63,941 nt of DNA, filler included, from Rhabdomonas costata (GCA_019059605.1; 32 parts of 32 records of this genome joined end to end with filler, not necessarily neighbours in it), one strand, 5' to 3'; shown: positions 25,301-40,018, counted from the first letter of the whole stretch. Numbers and translations: made by a program. The notes: generated by a model not told the origin, from the letters alone.

Positions 25301-27052
25301 GCATCACTCCCTAACCCCCTCCCAAAAATTAATCCTATTCTTGGGCCTGCTTAGTTAAGGGCTGGCATATTTTTATTAGGGGAGACAGTTGAGCACCACC
25401 TGATGATCACGCCGAAGTCCACCAGAGAGATAATGAAAAGTCCACCAGAGAAACAATGAAACCTAGCCCCGGACACCTTACCCATGGCAACGGAATAGCC
25501 CACAGCAAGTACGAGAGAAGGACGCGAACCCGAGACAGAGTCACGAAGGCCGAACCCCGACACACGAACCCCGACACACGAACCACGAACCCCGACACAC
25601 GACACCAAAGACCACACAACACACAGCCAACCACCTCCGACACCCAACCCAACCACGACACCAACCACACCATCAGCACCAGCAACAAGCACACGGACGC
25701 CATCATCGCCACAGACCCACAGATCCACTGACCCACTGACACCAACCCGACAACCCACCACCTGACGCACAACGCCACCAGCCCCAACCACCGCCAAGCA
25801 CCAGCACCCAACACCAACACCAACACCAACACCCAAGGCAACGCCCACCACCACGCCGTCCCCACAGACATCCTCCACCCGATTAGCCCAACACCCTACG
25901 CACCAACCCACACCCNNNNNNNNNNNNNNNNNNNNNNNNNNNNNNNNNNNNNNNNNNNNTTAATTAATTAANNNNNNNNNNNNNNNNNNNNNNNNNNNNN
26001 NNNNNNNNNNNNNNNGGGTTTGGGGTGGGTAATTATAACAGTTACCAGTTGTAACGGACTGCCATAAAACTTTTGCTTAATTAACCAGAAGCGTCACGTA
26101 AAATATGCCAGCATCCTCGAAATGACTTTTGGGGGCAGGGGAGTAGTTGCGGGTGGCGGGCCCTTAGATTATTGTTTTTGCTTCAGGTGAAACCATCTCA
26201 CATGAAGTCTTTTATGTAAAACTAACTTAAAACGGTCCCGTAAATTATGCCTTTTTGTGTAATGGTTAGATAAGCTTAGGCAATGCCCCCTAGATGATTT
26301 TTTTGCATAGCACTGAAACTGCTGTTGGCTTAGGACTCGCCAATTGCTGGGATATTGCCGGACGAGTTGGATGGCATTAGTTTTGGGGGGAAGGCCATTC
26401 CGCGCCGGGGACGGAGTGTGACCTAGGCGGCTGAAAATAACCATTTTAAAACAGTTCCCATAGAAAAGTTTTTTACCACTGGTCACCGTACCAGTGTTAA
26501 CCCCATCTCCCCAACTTCCAGAAGTAAGGTTAGAAAAAGGGTTGTTGCTTTTCCAGGCCCACCTTTTGGGTGAGCTCAGGTGATAAACCTCAGGAAGATT
26601 GACCCCCGCTTCGCCCAAACTGATTCTTATCAAAACTTGAGTAATCTCAGCTAAGGGGCGGCAGTTGGGGGAAGGTCTGCCTTCACCAACCAACCAAGAC
26701 CGAGCACACACGCACTGGGACACGCATACGGAAGCGATGCGCCCACCCTGGGACACCGCCCGATCTAACGATCTAAGGTGCTGCGGTGGGAGGGCCCTGC
26801 TCAGCTAGAGCGGCATATTCGACGGGCTATTTCCCTTTCCACCCCACCCTCCACCCCTCAGTCCAGAAGCCTTTTTTTTGGGGGGGGGGGTTGGGGGCTG
26901 CCATCCACCGCAAGCTCTCGTCATTCAAGCGCATTCTGCTTCCCTTAACTGTAGCAAACGAAAGCGTGGATGTCTTCTCGCTTCTCGGGTGTACCCTTGT
27001 GTTCCTGCTTGTGCGCTCAGTGGGAGTTTTTTTCCTGCGCTGTGTTTCTGTG

Positions 27053-27843
27053 ATGAGCGCACCAGACAGCGTCGAGCAAGTGGAACTCTCAGGGGACTCC
27101 TGGGAGCTCTTCCTTAGGCAGCGCCACTTCCTTGACATCTTTGCTGGGGCGCATCACCTCACCCTCCGGCCTACCGACCCCAAGTTCTGCCCCAAGGCCA
27201 CTGTCGCTGTGGTATGCGCTGCGCTACTGGTGGTGCGCCGCAACGTTGTGGTGCTTCGGCTGCGGAGCTACGTGCGCCGAGTTCGGCAGATCTCGGGGTG
27301 GTTCCGTCGGTGGCTGTCCGCCCGTAACTCCGAGCTGGAAGAGGTGGTCTTCGTGGTGCCGCGCCGCTGTGTACGTGTTCGATGGGGTTTGTGGTCCCTG
27401 CATTTTGCAATTAGCTGTACATTGAGACCCCCGCGCGGTTTATGTGAAGGTTGAGAGAACAGTCATAGTCTCCCCACTTTGGAAAAAAGTGGTTGCACCA
27501 GAGATAAGGCTGAGGTAATCTAGGTGCTTCCATATGATCTTATGCAGCCCAGCGCATCAGAATAGCACAGCCTGATTTCCGAGGTGCTGTTCATTCTACT
27601 CAAAAATTCCATTCAAATATAACGCAAGCTCACATTTCGAAAGTGCAACACCCTGTATTACCATTTTTTAAAAACATCTCTGAACAGGTTTTATTCGTTC
27701 TTTGTGGTGTTGAAGTCGACAGCTCGAGCGTGCTTCCCACCCGTGTGGTCTCTACTTTCCCTCTGTAGGCCTACGAAAGGTGGGAGCAGTCTGAAGGAGG
27801 CCAGCGGGAGTCCATGAGGGCCGAGAACTACCGGGACTGCAGG
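27053..27843 (+). CDS. Unknown protein, 5' exons
   Basis: MSAPDSVEQVELSGDSWELFLRQRHF...QISGWFRRWLSARNSELEE|GT, with a probable next exon at ~27770-27842. Confidence 0.4.
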
Positions 27844-28292
27844 TAGCCCTACTCACATGCCCTACCAACCAACCCAACCACCCGACCACCAGTCAAGTTT
27901 AACCCCCCACCCACCNNNNNNNNNNNNNNNNNNNNNNNNNNNNNNNNNNNNNNNNNNNNTTAATTAATTAANNNNNNNNNNNNNNNNNNNNNNNNNNNNN
28001 NNNNNNNNNNNNNNNGTGGGTTGGGTGGCTGTAGGGATCCTCTACATAAGGCCTACATCGGCTTTATGGCCTCTTGGCTGCGGGTGAGCCCCCCCCATTC
28101 TCCCATATGCAAGACTGGGTTGGTTGAGGAACGGTAAGAATAGGGGCAAGGCAGCATGGATGCGGCAGTATCGTTACATAGCGAAAAGAAGAACAGCAAC
28201 GAGGGGATGAGATGTGGTTTTGAATTCTTAGTGATGCATTGTTGATTATTGTTCACTTAATTGTCTCGTCACTTTCATTTTTATTCTACTAG

Positions 28293-28448
28293 TTTCGGAA
28301 GGTCTGCGTATGCACCCTTCGGTCCCCCTTGCACGAAGTCGTGCGGGACGCGCTGTTCCTGGGCCGTCACCACATTTGGGTGGTCAACGACCGCTTCGAG
28401 CCCACAGGGTGCATCACCGTGGCTGAGATTGCAGAGCTGTTCCTGTGA
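28293..28448 (+). CDS. CBS-domain protein, terminal exon
   Basis: After a TAG acceptor: FRKVCVCTLRSPLHEVVRDALFLGRHHIWVVNDRFEPTGCITVAEIAELFL*, matching the CBS pattern HxxxVVD...GxxTxxDI. Not in the ORF track. Confidence 0.7.
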   Translation, partial: FRKVCVCTLRSPLHEVVRDALFLGRHHIWVVNDRFEPTGCITVAEIAELFL

Positions 28449-29087
28449 GAGGGGCCCCCTCCCCCATTGCAGTCGAGGACAAGGGTCCTCACCGTGTCGG
28501 TTGGCGAAACCTTTTGGCCCTGGCATTGCCGGATTTTCTACACTCTCGTGAGCCGCTGGGCGGTAGTTCAGTCGCTGCCGCTTCGCTGTAAACGCCAGGA
28601 AGAAGTTGTTCGGAGTCCTGATTCCAGTTTCGAAGGGCCAGCTTCCGAACTTCTGTTGGTTGGAACAGTGGATTGATCCACTGTGCGTCTACCGCGTTCG
28701 TGGGTTTTTTCTGCGCACCTGTCTTGGAATTGGTTTGGGATGGCGGAAAGGTGGTGGATTTTCTGAACTACTGAGACATTCTTGGATTGACCCTAATGAA
28801 TCCTCATAGAATCATTGTACAGTTAATTCTGAGACCTATTTTAGGACGCTGGCAAGCTGATGATTGAAGTTTACTAGAAGTAAGAGGAGGTTCGCATGCT
28901 AACATACGTGCGAGTAGTGATCGGGTTATGTTTGTGGGGTGCCTTAGCATTATTATTGCCTTAGGCATGCAATGAAAGTGCCGCTTGAGGCATTCTCTTG
29001 CCTTCTTCAGGTCGGGTGGGGCCTCTCTCTTCCTGTGTGCTTCTTTCTGTGAGTTGCCTGTGCCTGTGCCTGTGCTGTGCTGTGAGG

Positions 29088-29860
29088 ATGCCTGGCAAGC
29101 GGTCTCGTGCTTCGGAGGCCGAGGAGCCGATGATGCTGGACGACGAGCCGAAGAGGTCATCCCCTCCGCAGCGCAAGAAGTGCCGCAAGGGCTGCTCCGC
29201 CGATGAGACCCTAGCCCGGCTGGCGCTTGGGCTTGGGCAGCGGGAGTCGGGGGACCTGGTGGCGAGAAAGCCCAGGAAAGCCGCGGCCAGCGCTGTGGCG
29301 GTGCGGACGGCAGACCCGGAGCTGGAGAAGAGGATGGCGCTGGTGACCGCCTCTCGGCCCGCTCAGCCGGGGTGGGTGACCAGGGTGTGCCCAAGGAACT
29401 AAAATCCTTCTCAGTCAGTAAGGGCACATATCAGAGGTGGACAAAGCAAACGGCTTTTTCTTTTGCTGAAGGAACTCTTTCACAACGCAGCACTGGGATA
29501 CCTTTCAAGCATAGGGGGCGGGGGAGTAGATGATTTTGGGTTCGTAGGTTTTGACATGAGGTTGAGATAACATAAACAAGGTAGAGGGAGGGGCTGCCTT
29601 GGTGTGGATTCTCGGATGCAGCATGTATTGTGGTCTCTTTTTCCAGTTGTAGTCTGCTTGGTGGTTTGAAGGCCTCTGTATGCCTTTTGCCCACCCATGG
29701 TCTCTAGTTTGCCTCTGTGCGTGCAAGGGTGTGCGTGCGATGTGTATGTGCGATATTCTCCAGAAACCAAAGCCCACCAATCTGCTGGCCATCCGCAGCC
29801 TCCGACCGATCAACCCACGCAGCGATAAAGAGCTGTGGACCCCGACCAGCAACACCGCAG
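29088..29860 (+). CDS. Unknown basic (NLS-like) protein, 5' exons
   Basis: MPGKRSRASEAEEP...PPQRKKCRK... to a donor at ~29371, with a probable exon at ~29764-29860. Confidence 0.4.
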
Positions 29861-30238
29861 GGTGGATTGGGGTATGTCCCTCCCTGCTCCCTTCTTTCAG
29901 CACCCCCCCCCAAAANNNNNNNNNNNNNNNNNNNNNNNNNNNNNNNNNNNNNNNNNNNNTTAATTAATTAANNNNNNNNNNNNNNNNNNNNNNNNNNNNN
30001 NNNNNNNNNNNNNNNGGGGAGTCCCCAAAATAGCCGGGTCTTGGGGCCTTGGGGGGTTCCCGGTAAAGGGGTACCCTGGTATACTGTGGTCCAGCCGGCC
30101 AACAGGGCCTATAGGCCGGTGCCGGTAGCCCATCTAGCCCTCGATGTCAGCTTGGCCAAGGGGATTGTGTGTGTAGGTTCACCACAACTTCCGGTCATGG
30201 GGTGAAGGCAGTATATTGTGGAAGTAATGGACACGTTT

Positions 30239-30334
30239 GCTTCTGCTTCTGCTTCTGCTTCTGCTTCTGCTTCTGCTTCTGCTTGCTTCTGCTTCTGCTT
30301 CTGCTTCTGCTTCTGCTTCTGCTTCTGCTTCTGC
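30239..30334. repeat. (GCTTCT)n microsatellite
   Basis: About 15 tandem hexamers with one interruption. Confidence 0.95.
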
Positions 30335-30409
30335 TTTGCTTTGGGAGTTGGGTGCACAGTGGTCCGCATTTTTATCCCTTGCCTGCTTCCCGTGCTTGTA
30401 GCAAACTCA

Positions 30410-31688
30410 TGCTGTTGTTTTTCTTTGTTGTGAACCTGCTTTCCGTTCATTCAAGAAAAAGAAAAACAGGAGCAGATTCCACTGGAACTCAAGGCCGAAG
30501 CAAGCTCTTTCCAAAGTCAAAACTAAAAAACCAACCGAACCCGAAATTCTGCGATTCCGAAATCGGAGTGAATTGTGCGTTCGCAAGGAAAGGAGAAAAC
30601 CATTCGCAGGGTCCATCAGCTCCGCCAGAGCTTGTCCCGTGTCAGCAGTTGGGCCAAAGTAGAATCCCCCTGTGCCCACGAAAGGAGGGACAGCCGGGAA
30701 GGGCAAGGGAGGAGTCGCGGGCCGTGCCCAGGGCTTCCCCGAGTGGGCCAAGGGGTGCAGTGGGGAGAGGGCAGGGGGACGGGCGCCGTGGCACCGAGCC
30801 ACGGGGGAGAGCGCCTTCTGGGGGTACAGCGCGCGGTAATTGTCAAACCCCACAATGCACTTCAGGAAATACTGCGCAATCGGATGGTCCAACTTCTCCA
30901 GGCATATCTGAGGGGAGACGGGGGCGAGGGAGCAAAAACAAACCAGAAAGGTTCAAAGTTCAGCAAAGAAACCACTGAAAAGGACACACAAAAGCGTTCT
31001 GCAAGACTTACCCCCAGAGGTGCCAGGGAGGAGGTCTTAGTGGACAAAGCTGGACAGCTCGCATTGTAGATCATCACCCACATCACCAACAATACCCCAA
31101 CCTTCCAAACTCACGAAATCCCCATGACCCAACAAACCAGCAAAATAAATCCACTGCCCCCTGAAAAAGCCTTCACGGTGTGCCTTGTTATCACGAAATC
31201 CTCAAGAGTTGCCTTTGACCGTGTTGTATTGAATTGAATGCAAAAGACCTCGCACTGAACTTGGATCCGTCCAAATTGAATTTCGAAGTTGACCTCACCC
31301 TACCTGTTCGGAGCCTCCCGCAATCGTCGATCTCCTGGTTGAGAATGGTTTTTCAATGGGCTTAAACGCCCCCCCCCCCTAATAGGCAAACCTTGAGAAA
31401 TGGAAATGCTGGCTTTTTCTGCTCAGTTCAACTGAATTCGACTTGCAGTTCAATTCAACCCCACTCTGTTCCGAACTCACCCAGGTGCGCGATGAGCGAG
31501 GAGGGACCTTGGCGATCACAAGGATGGGTACCGAAAGCACCGCCCCAGCGACGCCCCACAGCGCGCCCCACACGACAAGGGGCGGGGAGAAGACAAAAAA
31601 AGGAAGAAGAAAAGAAAACCGAACTCGGAGATGGAAGAAAAAGGCATACAGCAGGAGGACTGGCAGCGGCAACAGAATGGCGATGATG
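30410..31688 (-). CDS. AI-2E family transporter, 3' part (apparently missing an internal segment)
   Basis: Exon 31688-31650 encodes (G)IIAILLPLPVLL. Segment ~31580-31508 encodes LVVWGALWGVAGAVLSVPILVIAK. The exon from 30907 encodes ICLEKLDHPIAQYF. WGxLWGxxGxxLxVP is the AI-2E C-terminal motif. Confidence 0.7.
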
Positions 31689-32166
31689 CTGTGAAACCCA
31701 CGACACCACATAAATTCAACCTCCCGGTGACAATCATGGCTTTAAACCTTACGCCCCACGCGCCTTTTCGCACACTCCCGAGGTTCAGCCTTTCTAGGCT
31801 GCGACACCTTGTGTATCAGATCAATGAGATCAGTGCGAGCACTCAGACAATCTTTTCTGTTTTCGTCTTTTCCTTCCCTAAACCTAGCGCCTAGCTTTCC
31901 ACACCACCACACACCNNNNNNNNNNNNNNNNNNNNNNNNNNNNNNNNNNNNNNNNNNNNTTAATTAATTAANNNNNNNNNNNNNNNNNNNNNNNNNNNNN
32001 NNNNNNNNNNNNNNNGTGGTGGGTGTGTTTGGTTTTGGGTGGGCCTGCTGACTTGTTGGTGTGATTGTGTTTTACTTCAAATTAATCCTGGTGGCAAATC
32101 TTTACCTTTTTGTGAACCTGCAGGCAGGATTTTTGTGATGCCCATTTCGGCTTTGCAACACCCAAG

Positions 32167-32322
32167 GGTATACGGCGATGTTGTGCATTTTGAAGCTGGT
32201 GGACGCCGGGGTGACCCCAGCCAGTGGGCCTGTGTTGGTCACGGGTGCCTCCGGTGGGGTTGGCAGCTTCGCTGTCGCGTTGCTTTCCTCGATGGGTATG
32301 TTGGCGGGTGGTTTTGGGCGTT

Positions 32323-32364
<42 letters not shown>

Positions 32365-32917
32365 ATTAGTCAGCACTGTAATTGCTGCAGTTGCCCTTTG
32401 CCGGGGGTCGGGATGTAGCGGGGAGTTTTCCTCGCCCCGTCCTGCACAGCCTCTTCCCCCTTTCTGTTTCGTTCCACCCAGCTTTGGGGCCTTCCACCAG
32501 GGCCCCATCTTCCCCCCTGCCCATCTCTGTCTTGGACTCCAGTTGTCAGCGGTCACCCGGGGAACTGGTTGAGGGGGCGGGGGAGAGAGAAAGAACCAAC
32601 ATCTCTATCCAACAAAAGAACCACCCGTTGGGCAGGCTCTTTTGTTGGATAGAGATGATGGGAAGCGTTTTCCGGTTCTTGCGTGGCATGTTGAAGACTC
32701 CATATTGGGCCTTTTTCGGTCAAGAGGAGGCTTGCCTTCTTTGTTCTGCAGAGGTGGGGTTTTGCGTACACACGTCGAAAAGGATACAAGGTGGTCGCCT
32801 CCACGGGGCGAGTGGCCCAGCAGGCGGCTTACCTGAAGGGCCTGGGGGCGGCTGAGGTGGTGGACCGCAAGGAGCTGGAGGGGAAGCCCAAACCCCTGGG
32901 CAAGACGCTCTACGCTG
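32167..32917 (+). CDS. acuI: Acryloyl-CoA reductase AcuI/YhdH-like MDR oxidoreductase, internal exons
   Basis: Exons 32167-32295 and 32783-32917 (GT-AG) give [53 protein letters not shown]...[25 protein letters not shown], closely matching bacterial YhdH/AcuI as recalled. Confidence 0.85.
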
Positions 32918-34759
32918 GTGTTTCGAGTTTCTTTTCACAGTTTTTTGCTGAACAATCCTCCTGCAGCCTTCGTTATGAAAAGGCAAAGTTATTCGCCCAC
33001 CATAAAGCAAATCCTTGCCTCATCCTAAATTTATGCGGGATTCGTCGCCACAGTCATTTTTAGGTTTACTGTATCTTCTCGTCTTGTGAAGAACTTCATA
33101 ACACTGATCATGGAGGGAGAATTTGGTCAAAACGGGCGGGAATGGGTGGGCGGAAGTGTGTGTGTGTGTGGGGGGATGGTAACTGTACCCCCCCCCCCAA
33201 CTTCGATTGTGCCAAAATTGCTCCGGTTGCTTCGGAGGGGCGAATACATCCCCAAAATGGAGGAGCACAGGGAAGATTTCGGGGGAGAGGAGAAAGAATT
33301 TCTGTAAAATAAACGAAAGGAAGAGGATGAAAGGTGCTTGATCAGGGAAGCAGTGAGAGAGCGTTGACAAAACGGAGAGTGAGTCCAAGATTCCAAGCCT
33401 TGGTATGTTTCAGTTAAAAATGTCAGTCGAAACGTCGAAAAATATGGTCATTTTCAAATTTAAAAATGAAAAGTATGAAATTTATCTCTCTCTTTTTTTA
33501 TCTTAACTCGGACAGGGCTTGATCTACATGGCTTAAAAACTCACAGAGACTCACAGACAGAAACTCACGGAGACAACGCCCCCTTCAGTTACCTCCGCAA
33601 AAAGCTGGGTTAATGAAGATTAATTTCACACTTTTCTTAACGCGGTCTTGTTCACTTTACTTTAAGCTCTGTTTTATGATCCAGTGTCTGATGAGACCTT
33701 TCGTTCGTTTTCTCGTTTCTAGCCACCTCCGCACCCATCCCATGTCCCTGGAAGTGGGCCACGCACCATAAGCGTAACGCGCCAAGTCGCATACCCCAGT
33801 GGGTGATTTAGATGCCTTATTTTTCATATTTTTCAGAAAATTGAATGGCATAGGCTCGTTATTGGACCTACCTTGGAAACAGTCAACACGGGAAGTGTCC
33901 ATCACGCACGAACCGAACCTTGTGCGTGATGGACACTTNNNNNNNNNNNNNNNNNNNNNNNNNNNNNNNNNNNNNNNNNNNNTTAATTAATTAANNNNNN
34001 NNNNNNNNNNNNNNNNNNNNNNNNNNNNNNNNNNNNNNTGCTTTTGTGTTTTCGGGTTGGTATCCCATCGGCCGTTTCTCTTCTTGAATTCTTGATACCT
34101 TCTCCGGGGGTAGACGTTTCTTCTCCTTTTCTGACGTTTGCTCTGTGAAAAAAAGCAAGTTACGTTCGCTATGCAAATTGCAAACGCGGGTCAGAATCTT
34201 TCGTGCAGTTGCGTGGCCGATTCTCCTGCTTTTGGTGAGGAGGGTTTTTTTTTTGCGTGCATTCTCCAACTGGGGCCAAGCAATAGCAGCAAACTTCACC
34301 CCCTTCATTTAGCGTTTTTGTGGCTGTTCAGGGAACGCGTCTCCACAGTTAAGTAATTCAAGCAGGAAACATCAAACAGAATGAACACAGGCCGTGTGGT
34401 GTGGAGGACAGAAAACTGGTGTTTAATTAGATTGATTTTCAGCGTGGGCACAAACGACGCAAAGGAAAACAGGTGGGGCACATACAAACCCAGTGGGTCA
34501 GATGGTGCTGGTGAAAATGGAACTTGAACTGCAGCATGAAGCGGGAAGAGGAAGTAGATTGGTAGGAACGGGCGTGGGTGAGGGGAGTGTTGGGACAACA
34601 ACAACGAGGCTGAGAATACCCGAACCCCGACACAGGTAATTGAGGTGGGGTCGGCTTTTTTCTTTCAGCTGCAGGGTGTTTTCATATTTGAATGTTCGGC
34701 TTGCTTGTTTGTCGTGACTTGTGAACATGCTTTGGATTATTTGTTTTGTTGCAACCGCT

Positions 34760-35308
34760 AATATCTTGCGGGAAGATGCGTGATGGAGCGTGACTTGAAT
34801 GAGGTTTTCTGCTGTCCGGGCGCGGCAGCGCCGGTGGGGTGTCCGGATGTCGAGCTGCTCATCCCGACTGCCTTTGACGTCAACGGAAATGAGCCGGTAT
34901 ATTATGCTTTCGTAGCCACTCTCGCATGGAAGGTGACACACGCGATGCTTTCATTGCCCAATTTCCCCCCTCTTCTCAGGTTCTAGCAATACATTTATTG
35001 TTGACCAACTTCAACCCGGGTAAACGAATGAACCGCTGGTGACACTGCTTCACTGACCATGCGCACTTTCCACACCCGTGCATTTCTGTTTTCTGATGGA
35101 TGCACACCTGTTGTCCCGAATCTGAGCCCTGCCTCTTTTCAATTTTTTCGGTGGTAGGTTTGGGCAGCGTTGCACCCGTCCTCAACTGTAGAGGTCGCGC
35201 CCCTAAACTGCTGTGCTCGGGACTCCTGCAATGCGCCCGCGACGGCTCCCTCGGTGGGCCCCCCCGGGGCTACGGGTCGCCGCACGCTGGAGCTTCTGAT
35301 GCAGAGCG
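34760..35308 (+). CDS. Unknown Cys-containing protein exons
   Basis: Exon ~34760-34932 encodes EVFCCPGAAAPVGCPDVELL...; exon ~35194-35308 encodes VAPLNCCARDSCNAPATAP... Confidence 0.35.
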
Positions 35309-36038
35309 GTGTGTGTTGGTGCTCTGTCAGACCTTGCGCCCGATCCTAATTCATGGGATATCCCGGCACTGAACGAAGGGCGTAAATACACCGCAGGAAG
35401 AAACTGGGGGGGGGGGCAGCCCCAAACTGGTGCAAAAGAATTGCACATACAGGTGATATATTTTATGCATTTTTTGGTGCCCCGAAAGTTATCCGAAGTC
35501 GAAAGCTCATGGCACTCGTTTAAAAGTATTTTTTCCTATATTTACGGGAATGCACAGACATCAGATCACAAAATTCGGAATGAAAAAGGAAACGTGAGCC
35601 CTGACCGCGGATATAAAATAAAAGTTGTCTCCGTTACCTTCAGTCTTTTCCTATTTGCCACGATGGCCCCACCAACTAAATGAGTGAGAAAGTTACATCC
35701 CGAAACTCAATCCTGAGAACATTTGTGCACAAGATGTTTTTCCAATCGCTATGGCGCAGCCGGGGCTGAAATACATGGGTTCTGATTTCGCGGTGTAACC
35801 TGGTTTGCATGTTGAGGGAAGGAGTGGGTGAGGGTGGTCGGGTACAACTCAGGCACCAACTCACTTAGCGCTCAGAACCCAACCGATTGTCATCAAAAGA
35901 AAAGAAAAGAAAGAAAAGAAAAGAAAAGAAAACAAAACNNNNNNNNNNNNNNNNNNNNNNNNNNNNNNNNNNNNNNNNNNNNTTAATTAATTAANNNNNN
36001 NNNNNNNNNNNNNNNNNNNNNNNNNNNNNNNNNNNNNN

Positions 36039-37395
<1,357 letters not shown>

Positions 37396-38298
37396 TGAAG
37401 ATGATCGCTGGGTCACAGTAACACGTGTTTTTCCGCGCCTCGGGACGACTTCGTAGTTTTCTGGACTGGCCCCGTGCAGTTCTTCCTGGTTTTCAGAATC
37501 TTGGTCCCATGCGATTCTGCTCATAATTTCAGGAAGGCCTGCATTCGGATATTCTTGCCCGTTGACTTCTGTGCCGTCGAGGAATCGTGGGAATGTCTGT
37601 GCTTTGCGCAGGGCTTGGGTCCCCACATGGCTGACATCTGCAGGTCTGACGTCTCTGTGAAGCTCTCTCTCCCCATTTCACAGCATTATGTGCCCGATAT
37701 ATAGAAACGGGTTGAAACGTTTTGGCTTTCTGTCGATGGTTTTAATGGTATACCAATATGCCTTTCCGTACCATCTATGGGCATCTACGTCACCACTCAT
37801 GATTAACTAGCACTGTGTCTCGTTGGTTTCACGCCCCAGGAGTTAAAAAGCCCCCGAGACACAGTGCTAGTTAATCATGAGTGGTGACGTAGATGCCCAT
37901 AGATGGTACGGAAAGGCATATTGGTATACCACCCCACANNNNNNNNNNNNNNNNNNNNNNNNNNNNNNNNNNNNNNNNNNNNTTAATTAATTAANNNNNN
38001 NNNNNNNNNNNNNNNNNNNNNNNNNNNNNNNNNNNNNNTTTGTTTTGTAAAGTTCCGCAGTGAATGGTGACCGGATCTTGCCCGCACAGACGGGGGCCTC
38101 GGGCTTTTTACACAGGTTCGCAGGTTCGCAGCCCACAGGGTAAACAAACACCCGGTAACACATACGGTACAGGAAAGTGCGCAAACCGATGCCCAGCCTG
38201 TCATCGTCATGCGATTCAGGGACCGCCAGAAACAGCGACCATAAAGAAGCGGCTGGAAAAGCGAGTCTGGGGTGGTGTGAAGAAGGGGGGCCGCTCAG

Positions 38299-39421
38299 CT
38301 ACCAGTCCAGCCAAAGCATATCCAGCACAGAGTCCTCAGGATACGCCTCGCGTGCAAGCCGGAACACTCCCCGGACAAACCCCACCCTGGCCTCCCGAGA
38401 CTGGTCTAAGGCCTGCTGGACTGCCGCAGGAGGCTTGCCTCCAGGGAAGCCCTCACGGCAGGTTGAGGGGCGAAGCCCCAGACTGGCGGCCTGGGATCCC
38501 CAAGGTTTCCATTCAAAGATCGTCTCCAGGTCCTGCAAAGGGGTGAGGGCCAGGGTTCTGCCCACATCCGAACACAAAGTGCAGGAAGTGAACTCCAGGA
38601 ATCGTGTTGACGCGTCGTGAGCTGTTATCGGGCCCATGCGTACATGTTGAGAATGGCAGGCAACGCTGCAACTGCACCCTCTCTCAGTTTCTCGTCCTCT
38701 CAAAACGCTGCAGGCTCGAAAAACATGCTGGTTAATCACCACGCGGGTCACACGCGAATTTGGGGAGGGGTCTCATGTGTATCAAGGCAACAAACAATTT
38801 CCCCCCTCCGGCAACGCCCGAGGTTGTGTCTTGGCGCACTCGTAGACTATAAGCAGGGAGAGATTCAGATGCTCCGTTCCGAAAACCACGGCATTTGTTC
38901 TTCGCAATCGTCTTTGGTGACTGAATGTGCGCGATAAGGGGAAAGAATCCATCGGTGAATTTGGAGCAGATAAAAAACGTGTGTACAACGGATGTTTTTG
39001 ATAGGCACACCTCAGTCTTGAAAAGGGCAACCAGACTGCAAAAAGAAAGCAACGCAAATTCGGCCCCACAAAAGGCAAAAAAGGCAGAAATAGGGTGCGC
39101 ATACGAAGCAAACGAACTGCCGAATCATGAATCGTGAATGAACCCCACAACCCCTTCCAATTGCTCACAAGCCAGAACTGCATAACCTTTCTTCAGCTAC
39201 TTCAAAAGGGTGGCCTTGCATGCCTTCGTGCACGAAGTGACTCGTCAGCCCTCATTTGTGGGTAATTCTCTGATTCCGAAACGCCCACCATACTCTAAAA
39301 AAGACAGCCTGGAGCACCTGCTGAAGTCATAGTCCTCCTGCCACAGAGTGCTCATCGATAGCAGCACAAAGGGATCACTGGCGCTGCGCTGGGTAAAGCC
39401 GTGACACACGCCCATGAACTC
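38299..39421 (-). CDS. Unknown protein, 3' exons
   Basis: Exon ~39421-39319 encodes EFMGVCHGFTQRSASDPFVLLSMSTLWQEDYDFS. A terminal exon at ~38620-38299 ends DSVLDMLWLDW*. Confidence 0.4.
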
Positions 39422-40018
39422 TGTACAAGCACAGACGCAAGATCTCGTGTATTTATTCAAATTAACCCGAAATCGAAGGTTGACATGGTCGAGTGGACGG
39501 GGTGAAGTGGTGGTGATCAGTGCGTAATAACAAGGGGGAGTTATTCAACTCAAGTCAGGGTGCTTAGAACAGATGAAGTTCGGAAGCACTCAAGGGCTGA
39601 AGGCTCAAGACAGGAAAAATCTCTCTTAGATGAATCTCTCTTAGGCTGTTTTTGTAATTACCGAACAAATAGGATGTCTAGTGCTTAAGCCTTCCATTTT
39701 CCCAGAACTTAGTGCCAACACTGGGGTATACCACGCTGCAGGGAATCGATGCCTTCCCAGCGACAAACACTGAATTTAAGCATACACAAAAGCGGATAGC
39801 AGAATTTTCCCCACCTCATCTCTCCCTCTAACAGGCTTACTCTCCAACCAAGAAGCATGAGCAGCAGTCGCTGTCGAACTCCTGGGCTGTAAAACTGGAA
39901 CAGGTAAGACTCCACACAACACAAAATACACTAAAAACNNNNNNNNNNNNNNNNNNNNNNNNNNNNNNNNNNNNNNNNNNNNTTAATTAATTAANNNNNN
40001 NNNNNNNNNNNNNNNNNN

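Noticed and set aside
25500..25915. Val/Gly-rich minus-strand ORFs of 154-186 aa
   Set aside because: They arise from C/A-rich degenerate simple repeats that lack stop codons.
30169..30978. 269-aa ORF with CF and poly-L runs
   Set aside because: It is a microsatellite translation plus the antisense shadow of the AI-2E exon.
39218..39250. Minus-strand CTGACGA-GTCACTTCGTGCAC-GAAG hammerhead-like core
   Set aside because: It has GAAG rather than GAAA, stem II is imperfect, and no stems I or III were found.
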